Positions 63,701 through 64,000 of a stretch of 64,000 nucleotides of DNA are shown in pieces. The notes under the pieces were generated by a model. The model was not told the DNA's origin. It saw only the letters and a list, made by a program, of their open reading frames with translations, and searched no databases. The translations under genes and the position numbers were made by a program. The stretch's first letter is position 1; each line of letters starts with the position of its first letter. Origin of the DNA: Takakia lepidozioides (lineage: Eukaryota; Plantae; Bryophyta); assembly GCA_030704615.1 (NCBI GenBank), contig CM060731.1, positions 558,001 to 622,000 on the forward strand, given 5' to 3'.

Positions 63701-64000
63701 TGAATGACCTGTGTGATATTGTACATGAGTACATCATTCAGAACCATCCTCGTCTATCAGTCATGTTGGGGTAAGAAATCTACTTCATTGACATTCAGAT
63801 TTCCAAGTTTTAGTCATTTATCATTAGTTGGCATATGGCGTCTTTTCAAATCTCCCACGCCACCTCTGTCAATCTCCTGGCTGACCCTCGGATTGTGACA
63901 GGATATATGAAGCAGAGTCCACACGGATAGAAGCCAGACGACGCTTGTTTCGTGCGGAGCAAGGGCTGGAAGGCATGAGCAATCCCACGGCAATTCAGTA
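60703..64000 (+). CDS. CACTA Tnp2/TnpD-type transposase, multi-exon, runs off the window
   Basis: Exon 60703-60915 (CNCDEC..VRNH..HG transposase-associated domain); 61310-62773 (IHAC..C.LF..CPVC, HPADSKAW, LALDGVNP, STWPV, IHDYPA); 62875-63770 (MHCEKN, KSHDYHV, FPPSFFDVMTHL..HL, WMYPMER); 63902 onward. Splice phases are consistent and no stops were seen. Confidence 0.93.

Larger units (their letters stand above)
54845..64000 (+). mobile_element. CACTA/En-Spm transposon; right end lies beyond the window
   Basis: CACTACAACAGA terminus at 54845, ATGACTA-rich subterminal repeats, Tnp2-type transposase and a TnpA-like second gene. Confidence 0.9.

Overview
Eukaryotic nuclear DNA from a land plant. 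Intron-rich genes and the TE content (RTEX-like LINEs, a half-tRNA-primed copia, a piggyBac-type element) suggest a non-seed plant such as a bryophyte; this is an inference. Host genes: a disrupted, intronless GDSL lipase at the left edge (-); a ~34-exon ACA8/10-type P2B Ca2+-ATPase (+, 7.2-30.8 kb) whose introns hold several LINE copies and a copia element; a two-exon RabA5-type GTPase (-); and a SANT/ELM2-like chromatin protein (-). Intergenic regions contain nested MITEs, a SINE and a 2.9-kb TTAA-flanked piggyBac-type element, whose empty site is present in a paralogous repeat in this window. The right 9 kb is a CACTA/En-Spm transposon running off the window. It has an apparently intact transposase and a divergently transcribed second gene. 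That gene fuses a Pro/Tyr/Gly/Gln low-complexity region and TnpA/Ptta-like domains to an FCP1/NIF-type HAD phosphatase-like domain. A short ATGACTA motif is clustered both in the element's subterminal repeats and in the transposase's first intron. This is the best candidate for an undescribed system: a TE-encoded, possibly sequence-targeted chromatin/Pol II regulator. All coordinates were read by eye and may be off by a few bases.
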